Assembly (NCBI GenBank): GCA_043228905.1
Contig: JBHGNT010000014.1
Span: 13,702,001-13,766,000, forward strand
From: Azolla caroliniana
Lineage: Eukaryota > Plantae > Polypodiophyta
Reading direction: 5' to 3'
DNA length: 64,000 nucleotides
The position numbers were made by a program, and so were the translations under genes. Of this stretch, positions 1 to 10,646 are shown one piece after another. How positions within the stretch are numbered: position 1 is the stretch's first letter; each line of letters starts with the position of its first letter. The notes beneath the pieces are model-generated. The model ran no database searches. It saw nothing but the letters and a program-made list of their open reading frames with translations, and was not told where the DNA came from.

Positions 1-3000
1 GCTATCCCTAGCAAGAGTAAAGTCGAGCTTGCTAGATGAGGAGGCTCGTCGGAAAGACAAAGATACGAGCTCCGACTCCAGAGCGCTCCTTACCGAATCG
101 GAACGCGGAAGACATAGAAACCGTAGTCCCCAGAACCGGGAGAAGTCGGGGACACGATCAAAGTCAAGGGGGAGGCCTACTTGCTTCTATTGCGGCAAGC
201 CGGGACACTTCCAAAAGAACTGTCGGCATTTCCGTAAAGACAAGGAAACCGACGGTACCGATTCGAAGCAAACCCCGAACCGAAACGGTACAGACCGGAA
301 CGGTAAAGACCGGAGGGGGCCGGACCGGAAGGGAACGACGGCAATTGCGGCAAGTGAAGAGGAGTTGATGCTCATCACCGAGGAGAGTGAGATAAACCAT
401 GCCGGCGATGAGATGACCTGGGTGGTAGATTCCGGAGCGTCGTTCCACCTTACCCCGGACCGGAAATGCTTCTCATCCTACTCAGCCGGTGATCACGGCT
501 GTGTCCGGATGGGGAATGAAGGAACATGCCGAATTGTCGGCATAGGAGACGTGTGGCTGACAACACCAACCGGATGCAAGTTGCTGTTGAAAGATGTCCG
601 ACACGTTCCGGAAGTTCGTCTGAACCTGATATCAGCCGGTCGGCTAGATGATGAAGGCTACACGGGTAGCATCCGGAACGGTGTCATGAAGTTCAGCAAA
701 GGGAGCCTGATCGTGGCTCGGGCCCGGAAGGTAAACACACTGTACCTGATGAATGCCCGGTTATGTCCGGAAGAAGTGAACGTGGCTTCCGACACTGCCG
801 GTGAGCTGTGGCACAAGAGGCTATGTCACATGAGTGAGAAGGGGATGAAGAGGCTTGGAGACGACAACCTCATTCCAGTGAAGAACGTGCACTTAGAGAA
901 GTGCACTGATTGTCTGGCCGGTAAGCAGAACCGGACCTCCTTCCGACCAAGGCCACCGATGAGACGTAATGCACCACTGGAGTTGGTGCATACGGATGTT
1001 TGTCAAGTAGACACGAAGCCACATGCCGGAGCGCAGTACTTCGTGACGTTCATAGATGACCACAGCCGGAAGCTGTGGGCCACACCACTAAAGACGAAGG
1101 ATCAGGTGTTATCCGTCTTCAAAGAGCTCCACGCGAGAGTGGAAAGAAAAACCGGCCGGAAGCTGAAGGCGGTTCGAGCAGATAACGGAGGTGAGTACCG
1201 GGGGCAGTTCGAGGAGTACTGCCGCTCGAAGGGAATCCGGCTCGAATTTACCGTGCCGAAGACGCTGGAGCTAAACGGACTGGCCGAGAGGATGAACCGG
1301 ACCATAATGGAGAGGGTCCGGAGTATGCTAGCGCATGCAAAACTACCCAAGAAGTTTTGGGCTGAGGCACTGTCGACGGCGACATATGTGATAAACAGAT
1401 CACCCTCAGTACCCCTGGACGGAGACACGCCACAGAGAGTATGGACCGGTAAGGAAGTGTCCTACCGGCATCTAAGGGTGTTCGGGTGTCTCACGTACGT
1501 GCATGTAGCAAAGGACCGGAGAGGAAAGCTAGATCCAAAGACCCGGCCATGCATATTCCTCGGTTACGGTGACGATGAGTTCGGCTACCGAGTGTGGGAC
1601 CCGGTCGACAAGAAGGTATTCCGGAGTCGAGATATTATCTTCATGGAGGACAAGACGCTCGCCGACTGGGAGTCGGAGAAGAAGATAGTGAACTCTGAGT
1701 CGACCGGTAAGGATAGACTCTACAATGAGCAGACCCAACCGGCAAGAGACCGGTTAGCACTCGAGGAACCAGCCGGTTACGGTGAGGATACCGAACCGGC
1801 AGAAGAAGAAGTAGAGGAAGCTGAGACCGGAACCGATCAAGATCCCGAATCGGATTCGGATGAAGAGCAAATGGAGGAACCGATTACCGAAGCCCGAAGA
1901 CGTAGATATCCTCTCAGAGAGAGAAGGGCGCCCCGGAGATTTCCGGATGCAGAGCATGTCCTGCTAACCGATGAGGGGGAGCCGGAAAGCTTCGAAGAAG
2001 CGAAGGAAGACACCCACAGCCGAAAATGGTTAAGTGCCATGCAGGATGAGATGGATTCCCTGCATGAGAACCATACGTACGAATTGGTGGAGCTGCCGAA
2101 AGAAAAGCGGGCACTCCGAAACAAGTGGGTGTTCAAGTTGAAACCGGGAGATGCTGGAAACCCCCCGAGATACAAAGCCAGGATCGTGGTGAAGGGGTTC
2201 CAGCAGAAGAAGGGCGTGAACTTCGACGAAATATTCGCCCCGGTAGTAAAGATGACCTCCATCCGGACGGTGCTGAGTATAGCAGCAAGCATGGATCTCG
2301 AGGTAGAGCAGTTGGACGTGAAGACGGCATTCCTCCACGGCGACCTCGAAGAGGAAATCTACATGTAGCAACCGGAAGGATTTGTGGAGAAAGGGAAGGA
2401 GCACCTGGTATGCCGGTTGAAGAAGAGCCTGTACGGACTTAAGCAGGCTCCCCGGCAATGGTATCGGAAGTTCGACTCCTTCATGACCGATCAAGGGTAC
2501 CACAAGACGCAGGCCGATCACTGCGTGTTTGTGAAGAAGTTCGAAGGAGGGAACTTCCTGATACTCCTCCTGTACGTGGATGACATGTTGATCGTCGAAC
2601 GAGACCAAGGCAAAATACGGATGCTGAAGAAGGCTCTCAACCGGACCTTCTCAATAAAAGACCTGGGTCCGGCAAGACAGATGTTGGGGATGCACATCAT
2701 TCGGGACCGGTCAGTGAAGCAACTATGGCTGTCACAGGAGAAGTATGTGACAAAGGTGCTTCACCGGTTCAACATGTCAGATGCAAAACCGGTCGGATCG
2801 ACACTTCCGGCAAACTGCAAGTTGTCCGGCAAGCAAAGCCCGAAGACAAAAGGAGAGAAGGCAGATATGATGAAGATTCCATATGCCTCTGCCATCGGGA
2901 GCTTGATGTACGCAATGGTTTGTACCCGACCGGACATTGGATACGCAGTCGGAGTGGTGAGCCGGTTTATGAGCAATCCCGGCAAGGAGCATTGGAACGC

Positions 3001-3550
3001 GGTCAAATGGATACTCCGGTATTTGAAGGGCACTTCAAATATGTGTCTCTGATTCAGCACCGGAAAACCTCAACTGGACGGTTTCACCGATTCAGACATG
3101 TCGGCTGATGTGGATACCAGCCGGTCTACATCCGGGTATGTGATGACATATGCAGGGGGAGCTGTTTCGTGGCAGTCGAGGCTGCAGAAGACGGTTGCAT
3201 TGTCAACCACAGAGGCGGAGTACATGGCAGCTGTAGAAGCCGGCAAGGAAATATTATGGATGAAGGACTTCATCAGAGAGCTCGGTATCCAGCAAGAGGA
3301 ATACCGACTCTACTGCGACAGTCAAAGTGCCATCCACCTTGCTAAGAATGCGGCCTACCATTCCCGGACGAAGCATATCCAGCGGAGGTATCACTGGATC
3401 CGGGAAAGGGTAGATGACCAGGAGTTCGCATTGGCGAAGATCCACACGGCCGAGAACGGGTCAGATATGCTGACCAAAGTGCTGACACCCGACAAGCTGG
3501 ACGCGTGCCGGAAGAGGATCGGGCTGGAAAGACACCCCATGCCAGAGTGA
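1..3550 (+). mobile_element. Ty1/copia LTR retrotransposon (family 1) gag-pol, 5' end outside window, two in-frame stops
   Basis: ORFs 29-2368, 2384-3052 and 3098-3550 are one frame: CCHC knuckle (CFYCGKPGHFQKNC), protease (WVVDSGAS), integrase (VHTDVC, RADNGGEY), RT (QLDVKTAFLHG, LLYVDDML), RNase H (ALSTTEAEY, HSRTKHI). Stops TAG 2366-2368 and TGA 3050-3052. Confidence 0.97.
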
Positions 3551-3611
3551 AGGGGGAGTTTGTTGGTAGACAGGTCCCTCCGGATGGGAAGGGAGAAGAA
3601 CAGTGCCGACG
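3549..3611 (+). mobile_element. Polypurine tract and truncated 3' LTR (first 51 bp) of copia family 1
   Basis: GAAGGGGGAG, then TGTTGGTAGACAGGTCCC... at 3561-3611 matching the start of the LTR at 3905 with one mismatch before diverging. Confidence 0.9.
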
Positions 3612-3904
3612 GTACTCCTTCATTTAGGTTATGCCTTCCTCGCTCACCCTCCATTAGACTTGCCTTAGAAAGACGGTCTAACATAAGCATGAATCCATGA
3701 TCTTCCATCCTTCGTTCAATCGAAGACTAAGGGATGTTCTGATCAATGGAATTGTAACCTTTCTCGATGTCAAGCTCTAACAACCAAGAGATGCGTGACC
3801 ATTTTTTCGTTATGAACTCCAGTCCCATATGACACCCTCTATTCGGCCCAAAACCATGCGAGTAATCTAGAAAGGTACTACTTTTTTCATACACGCCTTC
3901 TAGA

Positions 3905-4594
3905 TGTTGGTAGACAGGTCCCTCCGGATGGGAAGGGAGAAGAACAGTACCGACGAACAAACTCGGCCGAGGCCAACAGGCCGAGGCCGAAACGGTATGA
4001 ACCGGATGGGGAGAACCCGACTTCGGAGAGTCGGATGGTGTAGGCCCGGTATGAACCGGATGAGGAGAACCCGACTTCGGAGAGTCGGATGGTGTAGGCC
4101 CGGTATGAACCGGATGAGGAGTACCCGACTGCGGAGAGTCGGATGGAGCCCATCGAGGCTACATTTGTAAATAGCCGAAAAGTCATATTAGTATAAATAT
4201 GACTTAGGGCAAACTTTTAGTTATGTAGTTGTCATTCTTGTTATTATTATTCTTCCTTGTTGGTGCAAGAAGAAACCAGAGCGGTAACTGTACAGAGAGA
4301 GAGAGAGAGAGAGAGACGAGGTCGTAGCCTCTGTTGTAACCGCCGCCTGTGGCGAAGAGAGTGAGAACACGAGGTCGTTGCCTCAGTGATCTCACTGTTG
4401 TATATTTCTGCATAGTGACAGTTTGCAGCTTGTGGGCTGCCGTGGTTTTTCCCCTATTTTGGGGTTTTCCACGTATACCTCCTGTGCACCATTTCTCCTC
4501 TTTTGTGTCGCGTTTTATTACCTGTTTTTCTGTGTGTGAAAAGTTTCTCGGTTGTGGCCGAGCGTCGGACATAAAGAACGTCGAGTTCCCAACA
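3905..4594 (+). mobile_element. Solo LTR of copia family 1 (690 bp) with 5-bp TSD CTAGA
   Basis: TGTTGG...CCAACA termini; CTAGA at 3900-3904 and 4595-4599; TATA-like TATAAAT, a (GA)n tract and GTGGTTTTTCCC...GGGTTTTCCACG motif. Confidence 0.93.
3993..4146. repeat. 54-bp tandem repeat, about 2.8 copies, in LTR U3
   Basis: Units start at 3993, 4047 and 4101 (CGGTATGAACCGGATG...); each contains a CCGACT/AGTCGG inverted pair. Confidence 0.92.
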
Positions 4595-5357
4595 CTAGAG
4601 CTATTCAAATAGCTTCCTACATGACCATGTCCCTTAGTGAAGTTATGTGTTGTGGCCTTCCAGCAGTTTTACATATCATGACACGTCAAGCGGGTTGAAC
4701 TCCCTCGAAACTTTCATCCCGAATAGCTTAGCAAGTCTCATTAACCCATCAATCCTCAACCTTTCAATGAAAGCTTATGCTTCCCTTACTCTCAAGAGAG
4801 GAGAGGCTAAGTGCAAGTTGTGCCAAATAACTTTTGACAAACAAATATTGTAAGTCGGTTTTTACAAAATAAAATTCTTTTCGCAACAATGTCGCATCTA
4901 TCTTGCCTTCTCGCCTTCTTGTCCTCACACCATCCGCACAATCATCCCTAAGTCACAAAACCCTAGCGATTGCAACATACAACCACGATTTTTTTGACAA
5001 TTTTCTCTTCCTTTTTATAGAATGAAGGAGGCCTTCTTCCTTTTTTATTTTAGCCTATGCCATGCTTTTTCTTTCCTAAATAATAATAATACCAAAGTCA
5101 CAAAATGTCTTTCTCTTCACACCTTTGATTTATCAATCAACATTTTTAATAATCCTAGTTTAACTAAATTCCTCCTATGCACACCTCACATTACAAGAAC
5201 GTGTTCTCGTCTGGAAACATCACCAAATTTTAGGATGTGTCGCAAAATGACGTAGTTAGCAAGGCATGCTTCTACATTATTTAGCACTATTATTTGGGAA
5301 AACAAGGCAATTTGATGCATGCCTTGTTTGTCGTAGTGATTCAAAACTAGAAAATCA

Positions 5358-5686
5358 TGTTGTAAATGAGGCCGACCACAACTGGTTCACAAGTACTAAT
5401 GGAGAAGACAATAGACAAAACAATAAAAAAGGCAGATAAGGTGTAGACAACGAGACAAGATATTATCGTGGAAAACCCAGAAAGGGAAAAACCACGGGAG
5501 CCCACAAACTCCAAACAGAATCATTATATGACAAGAGTACAAGAAACTTTACAAATGGCTACAACACTCACACACTCTCTACACTCTGTACATACATGTG
5601 ATTACCACTAATAATCTCACTTCTACACATACTCACTTTTTGCCCTAGCTATATTTATACCCATATATATATATGATTATTCAACA
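5358..5686 (-). mobile_element. Short copia-like LTR fragment or solo LTR
   Basis: TGTTG...TCAACA ends; reverse complement of the GTGGTTTTTCCC..GGGTTTTCCACG LTR motif at 5467-5496; no clean TSD. Confidence 0.55.
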
Positions 5687-5697
5687 TCAACATCAAC

Positions 5698-8600
5698 ATG
5701 AACACACAAATGAAAAGCTAGACCGGAGCAATTATTCATCTTGGGAGTACAAGATGACCCAATACCTCGTCGGCCAAGGGTATTGGAGCTACATCAACGG
5801 CGCACAAGAAAATCGACCCGTCTCGAAGAATGCCAACTACGCAACATGGGAGCAAGCGACGAGTCAAGTCATGTATTGCTTGGCAACATGTGTCGACAAT
5901 CACATGCTTAGCCACATTCGAGACACTGAGACGCCTAAAGAGGCGTGGGAAAACTTAAAGAAAATGTTCACCACCAACACGACCGCACGCAAGCTTCAAC
6001 TCCGACAAGAGTTGAACAACATCCGACAAAAAGACATGTCCGTGAAGGACTACACCGCCAAAATCAAGAGCATTTGCGACTCGCTTGGCTCCATCAACAT
6101 AAATGTCGATGAAGACGAGATTATTCAAGTATGCTTGGGTGGCCTCACACAACGATTCGTTCCATTACGGACAGCAATTTTGGCAAGAGAAAACCCTCCT
6201 TCATTCTTCAACCTTGAATCAATGCTATTGGTCGAAGAGAACCACGTCTGAACCAAAAGCAAGACGCCGGAAGGACAAATGTTCTTCTCGAGTTCGGACG
6301 GTGGTCGAGGATGAGGTCACGGCGGTGGATGAGGTCAATTCGGCCCATCACATGAAGGGAACTCAAACCTTCACGGAAGCCATCGAGGAACCTTCGGAAG
6401 AAGGGGGAGCTTCCATACCGAACAAGGTCGGCAAACAAGGCCCGCAACTTGCAACTATTGCGGCAAAATCGGCCACCACGAGGAGGAGTGCCGAAAAAGA
6501 AGAATTGAGTCGGCTTCCACAAGTCGACAAATCATGAATTACGTCGTCAAATCCGAATACGATGATTACGGCGGACTATTCATAATGAGGCATAGAGCAA
6601 ACTCTATGTCGGCCTCCAACTCCGCAAGCACCTCCAACTCGGAAGACGTGTGGTTCGTCGATTCCGGCGCCTCACATCACATGACATCTCACGAAGAGTG
6701 GTTTCGTGATTTACGAATGTCGGATCGACCCGGCTTCATAGAGACGGGAGACGACACCACACATCCCATTCGGCACATCGGCAATGTCCCATTCGGGAAA
6801 GAAGGCGAACAAACTTGCATTAAGAATGTCTTGCACGTGCCCACAATAACAAATTATTTGATCTGGGTCAGCCAAATCGTGGAGGAAGGCATGCAAGTCC
6901 ACTTCAACAATGAAGGTTGTTTCATTGAGAAAGATGGCCAACTCATAGCCAAGGCATGGAGAGACGGTCGTATGTTCATCCTCAATTCGAACGAGGTGAA
7001 ATTGGCCTTGTATGCCAAAGGTCTCAAAACCGAGACAAGCATCGAGTTGTGGCACAAAAGAATCGGCCACATAAACCTCCAATGGCTTCAAGCGATGCAA
7101 TCAAAGGGAGTCGTCATTGGACTTCCAACATTTGAGTTGAAACGAGTCGACCGAGTATGCGAAGCATGTCAACTCGTCAAACAACATCGACTTCCATTCG
7201 CGAAGGAGAGCTACACAAGTAAAGGCATCCTCGATGTCATACACTAAGATGTATGGGGACCGGCTCAAACGCCGACGATCGGCGGACGCCAATATTACGT
7301 CACCTTCATCGACGAATACTCCTACTACACGTGGATCTTCCCGACGAAGAAGAAGAGTGAAGTGTTCTCCCATTTCCAAAAGCTCAAGGGCCAAGTCGAA
7401 AAGGAAACCAGTCGGCACATTTGATGCCTACGATCGGATGGAGGCAAGGAGTACTTCTCCGACGAATTCACCTCCTACCTCCAAAGTGAAGGCATTCGTA
7501 GAGAATTCTCATGCTGACACACACCCAAACAAAATGGAGTTGCCGAAAGGAAGAATCGACAAATACTCGAGGTAGCACCCGTCATGATGCATGAGAAGCA
7601 CATGCAGAATTTCTATTGGGCCGAAGCGGCATCCACGGCCGTCTATCTCATGAACTGGTGCACCACTAATGGAGTGCATGAGCTAACTCCATACGAGCTC
7701 CTCGTCGGAAGGAAGTTGATCCTATCGCACCTCAAGATGTTCAGAAGCATTGCGAATGTATGCATCCCGAACGAACAACGACAGAAGCCCGACGCAAAGT
7801 CAGAGGAATGTATCCTCATAGGATACTCATCCGAGAAGAAGGCATACAACTGCTACAACACTTCTATCCGAGCGGTTCGGGTAAGTCGAGACGTAATATT
7901 CGACGAGTCTGCATCCTGGTACGCACCAAAGACAACTTCGACTCCGACTCCGCTCAACCCGGAATCCGCCGAACAAGAGGTAGAAGATGGAGATCGCTTC
8001 GAACACATGTTCGAAGAAAGTCCGATTACGACAAGGCCTAGTGGGCCACAAGAGCCCTCGCACGACCCAAGATCGTCGCGGCCAAGTACATACTTGGACA
8101 AAGGCAAAGGTAAGATGCCCGAATACGAAGTCGATCACCCCAACAACAGTGATTCGGATGTGTCGCCTCCCTCATTAGACAGTGAGTTTGGTGTACCCAT
8201 CATGTAGACACCCGAAGTAAAGAAGGTGTTCACATCGGCAAGCGAAAAACTTCGACGCTCTTCTAAAGAGAAGACCCTCGTCGCTCGGCATGGCTACAAT
8301 GAGTACATGGCCCATCACTATGCCTTCACGATGAAGGTAGCGGCCGAACAAGAGCCCAAGAGCTCCACCGAAGTGGCTCGTAACCCACGATGGGTGGAAG
8401 TAGTCGGCCTTCGCCCACACACTACAAGCCTTCATCACCAGCTTGAGGGGGAGGACCCAAGATTGCCACGGCGAACAAAGCCGAAGGCCGGACGGAAGCC
8501 GCACAAAAGCCAACATCAAAAGTCGGACAACGCCGAAAGCAGAACTGGATGTCGGACACCTCACACTTGAGCTTGAGGGGTCATGTTGAGAGATTAAGCT

Positions 8601-9020
8601 CAACTTAGTTTAGTTAGTTAGTCAACCATGTAACTTTGTAGTTACCTAGATAGAATCTAGTTAGAAGTGTTGACTATAACACCTTAAATGGGACCTTGTA
8701 CTTATGTGGGATATTCTAGATCCTCCACTCCTAAGTACATTTAATATAGGACTTACACCTTAGTACCTATATTCTACTCACACATGTGCACCTTTGCACA
8801 TGAGATGTATATATACCTCATTGTGGGTATTTTTGTATTTGATGATGATAATGCTAATTTAATATAAAGGTAATCATCCCCCATCTTGTGTTGCTCATAA
8901 GTGTATCCTCCTCTCTCTCTTCCTCTCACACATACACACACATATCACTTAATCGTCCACTTAACTTCATCACATAATTAGGTACTAATTAACTCGTGCT
9001 TAATTACCTAATTATTAATA
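5698..9020 (+). mobile_element. Copia family 2, degenerate gag-PR-INT lacking RT/RNase H, with 3' LTR 8584-9020
   Basis: Gag (EKLDRSNYSSWEYKM), knuckle, WFVDSGASHHMT, LWHKRIGH, integrase core; goes from EPKSSTEVARNPRWVE to PPT GAGCTTGAGGGG and LTR TGTTGAG within about 180 bp. Confidence 0.9.
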
Positions 9021-10646
9021 GCCTCCATCAATTATTATGAAGAAGGCTCGACGATTGGTTGTACAAATGAATATTTCTAATGATGATTTCACGACAACTT
9101 GGGGTTGGTTTAGTGAATTTCATCACCAATGTTTTAATACTATGAGTTTGTATGGTGAAGGAGGGGCAATTGATTGAAATGACATCAAATTGTTGGCTTC
9201 TTTGGAAAGGCTTTATGTTATAGTCAGTGAGTATGATCCTAGTTATGTTTACAATATGGATTAAATAGGTTTGTTTTCGATTGATTCCAAGATACACAAT
9301 GCTTTTGCCTATGAAGATCATACAACAATTCGAGGTAAGAAAAAATTGCTAGATAGAGTTACCTTAGTTGTTTGTTGTAATGCGACTAGAATTGAAAAAG
9401 TTCCTATTACAATTATTGGAAAGGCTAAGGAACCTGGTTGTATTGTTAGAAATGCTTGGTCATGACTCATTACCTCATTTAGCACAAAGAAATGCTTGAA
9501 TTGATATCCCTAGCTTTAATAATTGATTTGATCAAGTGTTATTACCTTTTGTCCGTTCTCAAACTAATCGCAAGGTGCTTCTAATCCTTGATGATGTTCC
9601 TGTTGATGCCGAAGCATTTGAGCATGATGCTAGCAAAGTGATTTTTTCCCTTGCAAATGTCACATCGTGGAAGCAACCAATAGATTTGGGAATCAATGAA
9701 ACTTTGAAAAAGAGATATAAATATCATTTGATAAGAGATATTGTCATATCATGATAATTCAAAATATGTTAAGATTCATTTGTAGGATGCAACTAAATGT
9801 AAAAGAGGTTCTATTGGTTTAGCTTTTGGAAAGTCGGCACATTTGCTAGATGGTGCCAATCTCATTATTATTGCTATAAAAAGGTGATATTTTATAATTG
9901 CTATAGAAAGGTGGATATTGTTCCATCATTTTGTATTGGTGATGTTGAACTTGTTGAAATGGAACACCAATGCATTGATGATCTTATTGCTTTGTTATAT
10001 AATTGCAATTTTCTTGGAAATGCACACAACATAAAAGAAATTCGAGATGAAATCAAAGAATGTGTCAATGTAAATTCAAATGAATCAAAAAAAACTTATC
10101 AAAATTTACTTGAAGATATTGACGACGTTATTGTACAAGCTTCCAACACCATTGAACCACTTGCATATGATGAAAACGATTCAGTTTCTAAGCTTGCAGA
10201 GATGCAAGATATGCGCCGATGCTCAAGGGAAGAAGATGCAGTAATTCCTGAACTATTGCAACACATTGTTAATAGTGAAGTCATGCTTGATTCGATCATG
10301 ACAACAACTTATTTGAGTTTTAAAAAAAGCAAAGCAAGTAAAATCAACTTTATCAAGTGCTCATAGAATAATTCAAGAAGCAAATTCAACCATTATTTCT
10401 AAGCATATAACTAAAAGTAGGCAAATGACCTTACATGAATTTGGTGTGAAATAGAGAAGACTTAGAAATCTAATTTTTGTTGATGATATCATTGTTTTTG
10501 AATGTTTGGAACATAGTTTCAATTTGGTTTGATGTAATTTTGTCTTGAAACAATGTAATTTTTTATCTAGATTTTTAGTTGTATCAAAAGTGCACTTAAT
10601 AGAATGGAACACTTCAGTGCACATGCACTTAACCGAATATTTAGTG
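9021..10646 (+). mobile_element. Degenerate pogo/Tigger (Tc1/mariner, DDE_1) transposase with right terminal inverted repeat
   Basis: CENP-B-like HTH (FTTTWGWFSEF...LYGE), YNMD, DRVTLVVCCNA...IIGKAKEP, KVLLILDD, NVTSWKQPIDLGI; end CACTTAACCGAATATTTAGTG matches the MITE TIR at 41987. Confidence 0.85.

Larger units (their letters stand above)
3609..4770 (-). pseudogene. Group II intron reverse transcriptase/maturase fragment (RT0 to start of RT4), probably mitochondrial in origin, split by a solo LTR
   Basis: Minus strand with the LTR removed reads AIRDESFEGVQPA*RVMICKTAGRPQHITSLRDMVM*EAI*IALEGVYEKSSTFLDYSHGFGPNRGCHMGLEFITKKWSRISWLLELDIEKGYNSIDQNIP*SSIERRMEDHGF...NEGVP, matching the group II RT motifs RRVxIPK, SPRDKxVQEAI, SHGFRPxRGCH, DIxKxFDxID and GVPQG. 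Confidence 0.85.

Noticed and set aside
2366-2368. Programmed stop-codon readthrough (TAG CAA) in copia pol
   Set aside because: It lies inside the conserved RT motif IYMEQPEGF (GAG to TAG), and a second stop at 3050 indicates decay.
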